A stretch of DNA of 48,693 nt from Candidatus Bipolaricaulota bacterium (GTDB lineage Bacteria > Bipolaricaulota > Bipolaricaulia > Bipolaricaulales > Bipolaricaulaceae): the NCBI GenBank assembly GCA_014361055.1, contig JACIWI010000133.1, forward strand, positions 1-48,693, given 5' to 3'. Below are positions 26,247-34,395 of the stretch, one piece after another (positions within the stretch are counted from its first letter, which is position 1; every line of letters starts with the position of its first letter). A program made the position numbers and the translations under genes. The notes below the pieces were generated by a model. The model was not told the DNA's origin. It saw nothing but the letters and a program-made list of their open reading frames with translations, and ran no database searches.

Positions 26247-27656
26247 TCAGCCCGGAACCCCCTTGGACTCCTCCACCACCGACCGCTGCCAGCTGCGGCT
26301 GAGGAGGAATCCGAGCGCGATCAGCCCCGCGATCACGTTGGAGAGGGACATCCCCCACCACACCCCGTCCGCCCCAAGCCCAAGCGGGAACCCAAAAAGG
26401 TAGGAAAGCGGGATCCGCAGGACCCACAGCCGCACGACCCCCAGCACCATCGTCGGCACGTTGTGCCCGGAACCCCGGTAGATGGCCATCGCCGCGAAGA
26501 ACGTGCCCAAGAACGGCATGCTCACCGCAAATGCCCCGATGAACCGGGCCCCGAGTTCGATCACGTCCTCCCTCCCCGGGATGAACATCGCCACGGCCGG
26601 GTAGCGGATCAGCCACAACAGCCCAGCCTCCGCGGCGAGGATCACGATCAGCGCCCGTAGTCCCTTGCGCACGAGCTCCTGGGCCCGGTCCATCGCCCCT
26701 GCCCCCAGGGCCTGGCCGACCATCGTCGTGAGCCCGGTGCCGAGCCCCTCGGTGACGATGAACAGGATCCCCAGCACCCGATCGCCAATTCCATACCCGG
26801 CCAGGGCCGCCTCGGCATTGGGGAGCCTCCCGATGACCGCGGTCATGATCACGAACCCGAACGCCATGCTCGACTGGCCGATCGCCGCCGGGACCCCGAT
26901 CCGGAGGCCCTTCACGATCCAGGTCCACCGCGGAAAAAGAGCCGCCGGTTCCAGGCGCAGGTGGCCCTTCCCCCGCGCAAGAAGCACGAGGAACGCGGCC
27001 GTCACCAGCCCTTGCGCGGCCACGGTGGCGTAAGCGGCGCCGAGGATCCCCATCTGCGGCACCGGCCCCCACCCCAGGACGAGCAGGGGATCGAGGGCCA
27101 TGTTGAGGAGGGTTCCGCCCCCGTTCACGAGGAGTGGGGTTAAGGTATCCCCGGTGGCAGCGAGGGCGGAATAGAAGAGCCCGGGCAGGACCATGGTGGG
27201 AAGCCCAAGGAAGATGATCTGGATGTACAGGGACGCCGCGCTCGCCACCGTACCTTCCCCGATGAGGAGGGCGAGGACCCACGGGGACAGGAAGTAGCCG
27301 GCCACCCCCAACACGATCCCGGACACCGCGGAGAGAGAAAGGAGCTGGTTCAGGGCGTAGTTGGCCTCTTTGGGCCGGCCGGCCCCCACGTACTGGGCCA
27401 CGAGCGCGCTTACCGCCGCCCCGCCAAACCCGGATATGGACGAGATGAGAAACCACACGATCGGCCAGGATACCTGGATCCCGGCCACCGCCGCCGCGGA
27501 GGCCTCCGGGGGGAGCCGCCCGATCCAGAACGCGTCTGCCAGGTTGTAGAGGGTGAAGATGAGCGATCCCAGAATGGCCGGGCCGCCGATGCGGGCCATC
27601 GTGGCCAGCGCCGGTCCGGTGAGGATCTCGTCGCGCGAGGGAGTGCGGAACTTCAT
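26247..27656 (-). CDS. MATE-family efflux transporter
   Basis: 12-TM protein starting MKFRTPSRDEILTGPALATMARIGGPAILG, the typical NorM/MATE N-terminus. The start is taken at residue 20 of the listed ORF. Confidence 0.85.
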   Translation of the reverse strand: MKFRTPSRDEILTGPALATMARIGGPAILGSLIFTLYNLADAFWIGRLPPEASAAAVAGIQVSWPIVWFLISSISGFGGAAVSALVAQYVGAGRPKEANYALNQLLSLSAVSGIVLGVAGYFLSPWVLALLIGEGTVASAASLYIQIIFLGLPTMVLPGLFYSALAATGDTLTPLLVNGGGTLLNMALDPLLVLGWGPVPQMGILGAAYATVAAQGLVTAAFLVLLARGKGHLRLEPAALFPRWTWIVKGLRIGVPAAIGQSSMAFGFVIMTAVIGRLPNAEAALAGYGIGDRVLGILFIVTEGLGTGLTTMVGQALGAGAMDRAQELVRKGLRALIVILAAEAGLLWLIRYPAVAMFIPGREDVIELGARFIGAFAVSMPFLGTFFAAMAIYRGSGHNVPTMVLGVVRLWVLRIPLSYLFGFPLGLGADGVWWGMSLSNVIAGLIALGFLLSRSWQRSVVEESKGVPG

Positions 27657-28360
27657 GGCGAAGCGGTAAGTATACCCGAGACCGCGCTCGGTTGGGTTGA
27701 CGGAGGCTCCCATTCGGGGTATACGTCCGGTTCGCTGAGCCTATGGAAGACTCCGAACCCTGTCCTTCTCGCGAACCGCACCCGCCCCTCAGCACGAGCC
27801 GTTGGCCGCCGACCTCCGGCACACAGAACGCCGCGGGGGGCAACGCGGGACCCGAGAGGCCGCAACTCGGCGCCACAGCGCAGAGCGAACGTGTAGCGTC
27901 GCAGCTTGGCTGCGACGGCCTTTCCCCAACCACCGCACCGGGCTTCGAGGAGATCCAGGAACTCAGCCGGTTGCACGATCCTGATACCGCGGTAGCTGCC
28001 CAATGCCAGCAGGTGACGGTCCCCGGTGACGATGTACTCCGCGTCCGTTTCAAGGGCCGCGCTCAGAACGAAGTCGTCGCTGGGATCCTCGTGGATGACG
28101 CGAACTCGGCGGCGCCCCGGTGCGATCACGGCCGCTCTTGCGATCAACTCCACAAGTCTGAAAACCTCATCAGAGTTGAGCTTCTGATACTCGCGGATCC
28201 GAGGACGCTGTAGAACACTCTCCAGTTCATGCAGTAGAACCCGAGAAGTGGCAAGCTCGGCCTTGCCGTCCAGCCATGCCCGCAGCACCCGTCCCGGCGC
28301 CCCCTCCCGAGCGATGGTGGCGCTCACCACCACGTTCGTGTCAGGGACAAAGCGAATCAT
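27653..28360 (-). CDS. PIN-domain ribonuclease, putative type II toxin (PIN_3 family)
   Basis: MIRFVPDTNVVVSA...ESVLQRP...DDFVLSAALETDAEYIVTGDRHL. The PIN core is about 145 aa. The open frame then continues about 90 codons to 27653 through GC-rich low-complexity sequence, so the true stop is uncertain. Confidence 0.65.
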   Translation of the reverse strand: MIRFVPDTNVVVSATIAREGAPGRVLRAWLDGKAELATSRVLLHELESVLQRPRIREYQKLNSDEVFRLVELIARAAVIAPGRRRVRVIHEDPSDDFVLSAALETDAEYIVTGDRHLLALGSYRGIRIVQPAEFLDLLEARCGGWGKAVAAKLRRYTFALRCGAELRPLGSRVAPRGVLCAGGRRPTARAEGRVRFARRTGFGVFHRLSEPDVYPEWEPPSTQPSAVSGILTASP

Positions 28361-28379
28361 GGCCGGCGCCCACGGAGGC

Positions 28380-28649
28380 TTATCGCCGACGGCTGCGGAC
28401 CTCGCCCACGGCCTTCTCAACGTCGGCTTCCACAGCGGCCGGATCTACGCCCTTATTCCGTTCCCACACGGGCTCAAGCAGCTGCGCCAGTTCCGCCTTG
28501 GCCCGATCCACCACGGCCATCGGCCGCAGGACGAGTTGATCGCCGCTGCGGGCGATCTCCAAGTAGTCGCCCTCCCGAAGCCCCATCTCCTCACAGAGTT
28601 CCTTCGGGATGCTGACCTGTCGGCTGCGCGTGATCTTGACCAGCGGCAT
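28380..28649 (-). CDS. AbrB/MazE/SpoVT-family antitoxin
   Basis: MPLVKITRSRQVSIPKELCEEMGLREGDYLEI is a swapped-hairpin DNA-binding domain. It lies immediately upstream of the PIN gene. Confidence 0.75.
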   Translation of the reverse strand: MPLVKITRSRQVSIPKELCEEMGLREGDYLEIARSGDQLVLRPMAVVDRAKAELAQLLEPVWERNKGVDPAAVEADVEKAVGEVRSRRR

Positions 28650-28749
28650 GATCGCCTCCCTTCCTGTCACAGTATGGAAGTATCGAAGTATGGTAGTCCT
28701 TACTCAGCGATTGTCAAGGCGACGTGCGACCACGCGTGCTGGTAGGAAG

Positions 28750-28930
28750 ATGCGGTGCCAGGTTGCGAAGCGGTACTTGGACGGCCGGGGGATCGCCTAC
28801 GCCGGGGTAGACGTGGCGCCGACTACCAGGCGGCGATGGAGACGATGCGCAAGACCGGGCAGCAGGGCGTGCCGGTGATCGGGATCGACGGCGAGTCCGT
28901 GATCGGGTTCGACCGCGCCCGGACCTGCTA
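28750..28930 (+). pseudogene. decayed glutaredoxin-like (NrdH/Grx) gene with a frameshift and a lost N-terminal CxxC cysteine
   Basis: Frame A reads MRCQVAKRYLDGRGIAYAGVDVA. Frame B, about 28821..28930, reads DYQAAMETMRKTGQQGVPVIGIDGESVIGFDRARTC. Together they match the glutaredoxin fold, but the reading frame shifts by one and the first Cys of CxxC is absent. Confidence 0.4.
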
Positions 28931-29078
28931 GAGGCGAGGACGCGCACGGCCGCCCGACCAGTGGATGCAGGGGAGCAGAACGTCGTCAGCGGCCAGGGCG
29001 GCTCAACCCGAAGATAAGTCGCGCGCTCTGGATGTGACAGGTCAACATCTGACCCCGGAGTGCGGAGTGATAGGTCAC

Positions 29079-29594
29079 CTATGGAGTAGGAGCGCCCTCT
29101 TCTCTGGGAGCACGCTCAGGCGGGAACGCCGCCAGGGCCGCTCTGACAGAGTCCAGCAGTCGTTCAACGGACGCAATCCCACCCAACATATACTCCTCGT
29201 CAATCAATGAGGAACTCAGATCGCAGGCTACTGGCCCCCACCTGTTGACGAACTCGTTCTGGTACCGACCCTTGCCCAGGAAGTACTCGTCTGAGTGCTC
29301 GCGAGCATCACGAACTCTCTCGGCCATTTCCGTAGCCTCCAGGAACTCGCGGAGAGCAGGCTGGTCACGTCTTGAGACATGGGGTTCGATTCGACGGAGA
29401 AACCGCCGTGCCATTACCGTAGCTGTCAACGCGTAGTGCTCGAGGAACGGGCGAGATCGGAGAAGATCGGGCTCAGGTGGCCTCTCAGCGGACAGCTTGT
29501 CGCGAAGTTGGAGCAAGGCTGTGAGCATGCGGGATGCCTCCTCCAACCAAATGCGGCCAAAGAACAGACAGGTATTGAAATCAGACGTGTTCAT
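29079..29594 (-). CDS. hypothetical protein co-transcribed with the split restriction-modification genes (contains an R-x4-H motif)
   Basis: 171 aa. ATG overlaps the stop of the upstream restriction-modification C-terminal-half gene as ATGA. Local GC is lower. No family recognised; RRIEPH matches the minimal HEPN Rx4-6H pattern. Confidence 0.45.
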   Translation of the reverse strand: MNTSDFNTCLFFGRIWLEEASRMLTALLQLRDKLSAERPPEPDLLRSRPFLEHYALTATVMARRFLRRIEPHVSRRDQPALREFLEATEMAERVRDAREHSDEYFLGKGRYQNEFVNRWGPVACDLSSSLIDEEYMLGGIASVERLLDSVRAALAAFPPERAPREEGAPTP

Positions 29595-30967
29595 GATGCC
29601 CTGACTTCGTCCACCCGCGTGCGGGACTCATATAGGTGAGTCGCCTGTGTCCGATCACGGCTCTGTCTCACCCCCCACCTCGCGAAGGAATCTTTCCTCC
29701 ACGCCCGGGTAGAGGTCATCGATCTCGGCCTGGATCTCGATGGTCTTGGAGAGAGCGGTGGTGATGCGGCAGTAGGTGCGGATGTCGTCGAGGGTGAGGG
29801 TGCGGTCTTTGCGGTCCTTGAGCCACTTGTGGCACACCTGGTACCCGCCGATCGGGTACTCCCACATTCCGGCGGGACGGGCGCGAAGTACTGGCTCGGA
29901 TTGATGTACACGCGCTCCTGCTTAGCGTCGTAGCGGAGGCCCTTCTTGCCGGAGACGATCACCTTGCCGTCGCCCTCGCCCTGGAACTGGGCGAGCGGCG
30001 GATCGAGCTCGAGCGATCGGAGGAGATGTAGCTCCACCAGCCGTTCCCCCAGCTCGGCCATGTTCTTGAAGAGCTCACGATCGGAGGTGAACGGGATGCG
30101 CGGGAAGTCGAGCCGCAGGAACTCGGCGTACTTCTCGCGGTAGGTCGGGGCGTACAGGACCGCGTAGACGTAGTGGAAGATCTCTCCCGGCGACGGCTCA
30201 TGCCCATACGCCGCGGCGAGAGCCGCGAGAAGTTCGGGGTTCAGGTTCGGCCGCCGCTCAGAGGGGCTGTGTGTTGCGAGGGGGCCGCGCTGTTCTGCCC
30301 CGGGGTAGAGGTAGAGCGGGAAGACGAGGATGCCACCACGGTAGAAGGCGTTGAAGTCCGCGATGTGCTGGGCGCAGTACGCAAGGTTCCAAGTACCTCC
30401 ACCCACCACTTGTCCAGCACGGCCTGTATGCAGGGCAACGTTCTCGCCCGCAAGCATGTGGCGCATGACTTCTTCCCGCCCGAAGTCGATCGCATGCGGA
30501 TGGTAAAAGAGCCAACGGGCATCGAAGGGTCTGTACAGACAGGGCACCAGCTTCTTCTCCCAACATCTGTCTTGCTGGAGCAATCGGCGTTTCTCGGAGA
30601 GTCTCCAGTCGCGATTGTCCGGGAGGGCAAACGTCTCTCGGGCCAGGTTGTCGGAGAGGCTCGGGCTCAGGAACGTGCGGATACGGTTCCTGAGGATTTC
30701 GCGATCGAAGTCGAACACGAAGTGATCACGATGGGTCTTGATGCCGGTGCTGCTAACTGGGAACACATCCATGATCTTGGGAAACCGCTCGTACTGAGCG
30801 AACGCTGCCTCGTCGCGAGGGATGAACAGGTAGAAATCCGGTCCTGGCTGCACGGACTGCCACTTGGTGGTCTTCCAGTCGTGATCCTTGAGCCAGGAGT
30901 ACTTCGCCTCGCGCTGGCCCCACAGGTTGGCGTGGTACACCTTGGCCATTCTCTCCTTGCGCGTCAT
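29591..30967 (-). CDS. C-terminal (target-recognition) half of an MmeI-family type IIL / type ISP-like restriction-modification enzyme
   Basis: Begins MTRKERMAKVYHANLWGQREAKYSWL, the Y-H/A-x-x-LWG segment that in intact homologues follows the MTase domain directly. 458 aa. Start overlaps the MNT stop as ATGA. Confidence 0.65.
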   Translation of the reverse strand: MTRKERMAKVYHANLWGQREAKYSWLKDHDWKTTKWQSVQPGPDFYLFIPRDEAAFAQYERFPKIMDVFPVSSTGIKTHRDHFVFDFDREILRNRIRTFLSPSLSDNLARETFALPDNRDWRLSEKRRLLQQDRCWEKKLVPCLYRPFDARWLFYHPHAIDFGREEVMRHMLAGENVALHTGRAGQVVGGGTWNLAYCAQHIADFNAFYRGGILVFPLYLYPGAEQRGPLATHSPSERRPNLNPELLAALAAAYGHEPSPGEIFHYVYAVLYAPTYREKYAEFLRLDFPRIPFTSDRELFKNMAELGERLVELHLLRSLELDPPLAQFQGEGDGKVIVSGKKGLRYDAKQERVYINPSQYFAPVPPECGSTRSAGTRCATSGSRTAKTAPSPSTTSAPTAASPPLSPRPSRSRPRSMTSTRAWRKDSFARWGVRQSRDRTQATHLYESRTRVDEVRAS

Positions 30968-31281
30968 GCCTCGATCCCGACGGGCTTGACCTCGTCGCCC
31001 ACGAACGTCCCCTCCCCCAGGGAGGCGTACTCCTCGGACGTGTACCCGAGTGCCTGAACCGGCTCCATGATCCTCGCCGCCGCCACTCCCAAGAGCTCAA
31101 GCCGCTCCCGCAGGCCCATGCGTGCGAAGTCCTTGGAGATCACGACCACGTCAATATCGCTCTCCTTGTCGAGGATCCCCTTGGCGCGCGACCCATAGAC
31201 GATCACCTTCTCCGGCTCGATCCCCAGCCGGCGCAGCTCCTCCTTGTATCGCCTCACGGCTTCAACTGTCTCGCGATCCAT
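30964..31281 (-). CDS. minimal nucleotidyltransferase (MNT) of a HEPN/MNT toxin-antitoxin pair
   Basis: GSRAKGILDKESDIDVVVI is the GS...DxD Pol-beta-type nucleotidyltransferase signature. 105 aa. Confidence 0.8.
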   Translation of the reverse strand: MDRETVEAVRRYKEELRRLGIEPEKVIVYGSRAKGILDKESDIDVVVISKDFARMGLRERLELLGVAAARIMEPVQALGYTSEEYASLGEGTFVGDEVKPVGIEA

Positions 31282-31640
31282 TCCACCGCCTCCTCTGCCT
31301 GCCGCAGGTACGCCTCGGCCACCTCCCGGGGGTAGGCACGCACGACCTCTTCGAGGTCCGCCGGGTAGCGGGTGGCTGTGCTGGACCCAGCAAGCTTCCC
31401 GAGGAAGTCCCGCAGCTCCGATGGGGGGTCGAGCCTCGCTCGCTTGAGGAGGACGATCAGGTCGTGGATCCGCGGCGGAGTCCTTCCCGTCTGCTCCTGA
31501 ACCCTGGCCTTGAGCGCCTTCTCCACCGCGAGGTGGGCGAAGAAGACCGTGTACACGAACCGGCCTGCCGCCAGCATGTCCCGCGCGGCAGCGAGGTCGT
31601 AGCGCGCGGAGTTCAGCCAGTTCTCAACCCTTGCGTCCAT
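31254..31640 (-). CDS. HEPN-domain protein of a HEPN/MNT pair
   Basis: 128 aa all-helical protein with GRTPPRIHDL (the R-x5-H HEPN motif). It overlaps the MNT gene by 28 nt and the upstream MTase stop by 17 nt. Confidence 0.75.
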   Translation of the reverse strand: MDARVENWLNSARYDLAAARDMLAAGRFVYTVFFAHLAVEKALKARVQEQTGRTPPRIHDLIVLLKRARLDPPSELRDFLGKLAGSSTATRYPADLEEVVRAYPREVAEAYLRQAEEAVEWIARQLKP

Positions 31641-33492
31641 CTCCGTACCTTATGAAGAAAGCGATCGCCACGCCCTGGCGGATGTCGAACACGTTCTCGT
31701 CTGGGGAGCCGTCGGGGCAGATCTCCTTCTTGAGGGAGTTCCCGTGGAGGTCGAGCACGTAGATCTCGTCGAACGTGGTCATCAGGTGCTGGCGCATCCC
31801 GCGGAAGGTTGGGTTGTCGAGGTAGCCGTGGTTCGTGATCATCCCCACCACGCCCTGGCCGGCCTGGGCAATCTTCCACTCCGCGAACCGCAGGAATTTC
31901 ACGTAGTCGTCCTGGAGCCACTTAGGGTTCTTCTCCCCCAACGGCTTTCCATCTACCTGCTTGTAGTCTTCAATGAGCCCGCGGATCCACGGTCCCTTGT
32001 TGGCGGAGTGGCCGAAGTACGGGGGGTTCCCGAGGATCACGAGGATCGGCACGTCGCGCTTGACCTCGCCGGCTTGGTGGGATTCGTGGGCGAGGGACGC
32101 AAACCCCGGAAGCTGACTCTCGGCAAGCTCCTCCATCTCCAGGGTGTTCGTGAGGTAAAGCTTGAACCTGTCATCGGGGCCGAGGGTGTACCCCAACTCC
32201 TCGAGGAAGAACCCCATCTTGAGGTGCCCCACGGCGTAGGGCGCCATCATGAGCTCGAACGCATAGAAGTTCTTCAGGATGTGATCGCGGATGAACTCCT
32301 TGCGCCCCGCCTCTCCGTACTTGGAGACGAACTCCTCCACCGCGACCTGGGCCGCTCTCGCGACGAACGTCATCGTCCCCGCCGCCGGGTCGAGGAGGGT
32401 CACGCCGGGGGAGGCGAGGCCGTCAGGTCTCCCGAATCTCTGCTGGAGGATCTGGTGAAGGGAGCGGACGATGTAGGACACCACCGGCTCGGGGGTGTAG
32501 TACACGCCCCGGCGCTCGCGCTCCTCGGGGTCGTACTGGGCGAGGAACGTCTCGTAGAAGTGGACGATCGGGTCGGCCCCTTTGCCCTCGTGGAAGAACT
32601 GGTGAAGGATCCCCTTCACATCGGCCACGGCCAGGACCTCGGCCAGGTCGTCGACGATCCACTCCAGAGGCTTGGGGAGATCCCCAAGCGAGATGAAGCG
32701 GAACACGTCGCGGAGGATGCCGATGGTGTGGGGAATGGAGTCGAACGCAGCGCGACGGGTGAAGGTCTCTCCGGCCCGCACGCGGGCCGCAAACAGGCCG
32801 TAGGTGAGGGTTTGGGCGTAAAGGTCGGCGAAGTCCTCCATGGTCAGCCCGGCGATGAGGTGTTTCCGGAACGCCTCGTAGAAACCCAGGAGGTGGCCTC
32901 CCCCTCGGGTCTGCTCCTGGGCAAGCTCCTCGGCCACCACCTGGTCGCGGAGGAACCGGGTGCGCACGGCCAGGGCCACCGCCAGCTCTTCGGCGTTGTA
33001 CGCGCGGGGGAGGGAGAAGGCAAAGAACTGCTGAAGAAGCGTCTGCAGCTCGTCGGCCTGTTCGATCGGGGGCCTCGCGCCGAGCTTGGTGGCGACGAAC
33101 GGCCGGGCGAGGCGGGCGGCGGCCACGAGCGCTCCGTCGCGGTAGAGGCGGAACTCGAAGAAGTTGGTGAGGATGAGGTTCGGGAACGTTCTTCGGTAAC
33201 GCTGAAGCTGCTCGCTTTCCGCAATTGGCTCGAGGTTCTCCACCGTCGGCGCCTTGGCTTCGATGTAACCGATGATGTGCTGCTGGCCGTCCCATACCCG
33301 GAAGTCGGGGTTCCCGGCCTCGGTGGATTTCGGGAGCGTCGTGACGTGGACGGCCTCGAGCTTCGTTGCTTGGGCCCACGCGGAAACAAGGTCGGCCAGG
33401 GGCGCGTAGAAGCTCTCCTCGCGCGCATCGCCCTGGGCGGCGACTGCGGTGAGCCGAGCGAGGTAGTCGCGGAAGAGCGCCTTCTCAGCCAT
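31624..33492 (-). CDS. N-terminal half of an MmeI-family type IIL restriction-modification enzyme: PD-(D/E)xK nuclease domain plus gamma-class N6-adenine methyltransferase domain
   Basis: N-terminus GNPDFRVWDGQQHIIGYIEAK and TFPNLILTNFFEFRLY parallel the MmeI nuclease domain (D...E-x-K). MTase motif I is LLDPAAGTMTF and motif IV is ILGNPPYFG. The ORF ends about 140 aa after NPPY, and the target-recognition domain is missing from this polypeptide. Confidence 0.8.
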   Translation of the reverse strand: MAEKALFRDYLARLTAVAAQGDAREESFYAPLADLVSAWAQATKLEAVHVTTLPKSTEAGNPDFRVWDGQQHIIGYIEAKAPTVENLEPIAESEQLQRYRRTFPNLILTNFFEFRLYRDGALVAAARLARPFVATKLGARPPIEQADELQTLLQQFFAFSLPRAYNAEELAVALAVRTRFLRDQVVAEELAQEQTRGGGHLLGFYEAFRKHLIAGLTMEDFADLYAQTLTYGLFAARVRAGETFTRRAAFDSIPHTIGILRDVFRFISLGDLPKPLEWIVDDLAEVLAVADVKGILHQFFHEGKGADPIVHFYETFLAQYDPEERERRGVYYTPEPVVSYIVRSLHQILQQRFGRPDGLASPGVTLLDPAAGTMTFVARAAQVAVEEFVSKYGEAGRKEFIRDHILKNFYAFELMMAPYAVGHLKMGFFLEELGYTLGPDDRFKLYLTNTLEMEELAESQLPGFASLAHESHQAGEVKRDVPILVILGNPPYFGHSANKGPWIRGLIEDYKQVDGKPLGEKNPKWLQDDYVKFLRFAEWKIAQAGQGVVGMITNHGYLDNPTFRGMRQHLMTTFDEIYVLDLHGNSLKKEICPDGSPDENVFDIRQGVAIAFFIRYGDGRKG

Positions 33493-33540
33493 GCGCCTGA
33501 CTTATACCACCATGCGCCTGACTTATACCACAAGGATCAC
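33493..33540. repeat. 21-bp perfect tandem duplication (CATGCGCCTGACTTATACCAC x2) at the start codon and -10 region of the MTase-nuclease gene
   Basis: The plus strand at about 33488..33540 carries the unit twice. On the minus strand it reads GTGGTATAAGTCAGGCGCATG twice, and the second ATG is the gene start. An inverted partial copy AAGTCAGGC lies at about 33627..33635. Confidence 0.6.
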
Positions 33541-33725
33541 CCGTCAGGCCAGCGATCTAGGGAGTCGGGGCTTGTTCCGTGCATGTCGCCTCCCGACGCT
33601 GGGTACAGAGGGATGAGAACCCGGCAAGTCAGGCATCTCGGCTCTATGGAGATGACCAAACCCGCGAGTCGTGCGCTCGCAACATACGGGCGCCAGTTGC
33701 CCCTCTCTACGCGAAGATAACCGCC

Positions 33726-33989
33726 ATGCGCATCGTGGGGATGAAGGAACTGAGGGATCACGCGACGAAGCTTCTTCGTGGCCGTGACCCGGTGCTCGTC
33801 ATGCGCCGGGACAAGGTCGCGGGCGTGTTCCTCCCCCTGGACGGAGACGACCTCGCGCTTGAGCTCCGCCGCGAGGTCCAGCTCGGACTGGCGGCCAAGA
33901 TCCGGGAGAGCCTGACGAGCAAGGGGGTCTCGGAACAGGACGTCCTCGATGACTTCCAAGTTTCCCGCAAAGCTCGTCGTCGACGCTAA
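33726..33989 (+). CDS. Phd/YefM-type antitoxin (VapB-like)
   Basis: MRIVGMKELRDHATKLLRGRDPVLVMRRDKVAGVFLPLDGDD. The ATG is residue 50 of the listed ORF. It overlaps the downstream PIN gene. Confidence 0.65.
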   Translation: MRIVGMKELRDHATKLLRGRDPVLVMRRDKVAGVFLPLDGDDLALELRREVQLGLAAKIRESLTSKGVSEQDVLDDFQVSRKARRRR

Positions 33990-34395
33990 CGTCATCCTCT
34001 CCGCCGTCGTCGGAGGCAAGGCATCCGACCTCGTATGGGCCGTGCCCTCGCAGCTCGTAACCGCTGCGTACGCCCTTCAGGAGGTCATGCAGTACTCACT
34101 GACCCTCGCCGAGAAGGCGGACGTCCCCCTGGAGGTCGCCCTGGGTGCACTGCGCCTGCTCCCGATCACCGCCGTTCGCCGCAGCTTCTACGGAGCGAGA
34201 ATGGCCCAAGTCCGGGATCTGATCGGGAGCCGTGACCCAGACGACGTGGACCTCCTCGCGCTCGCCCTGAAGCTCGAGTCCCCGATCTGGACGAACGACT
34301 GCGACTTCCAGGGCCTCGGGGTTGTGATCTACACAACGGCCCAGCTGGCATCCATGTCGGATAGACCCACTCAGTCGGAGCAGGGGGTTGGGTAG
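33949..34395 (+). CDS. PIN-domain toxin VapC
   Basis: LVVDANVILSAVVGG...DVDLLALALKLESPIWTNDCDF, with PIN acidic residues. Confidence 0.8.
   Translation: MTSKFPAKLVVDANVILSAVVGGKASDLVWAVPSQLVTAAYALQEVMQYSLTLAEKADVPLEVALGALRLLPITAVRRSFYGARMAQVRDLIGSRDPDDVDLLALALKLESPIWTNDCDFQGLGVVIYTTAQLASMSDRPTQSEQGVG

Noticed and set aside
26029-28053. 674-aa minus-strand ORF spanning the MATE and PIN genes in another frame
   Set aside because: Low-complexity Gly/Arg/Pro-rich translation that conflicts with conserved MATE transmembrane coding on the same strand.
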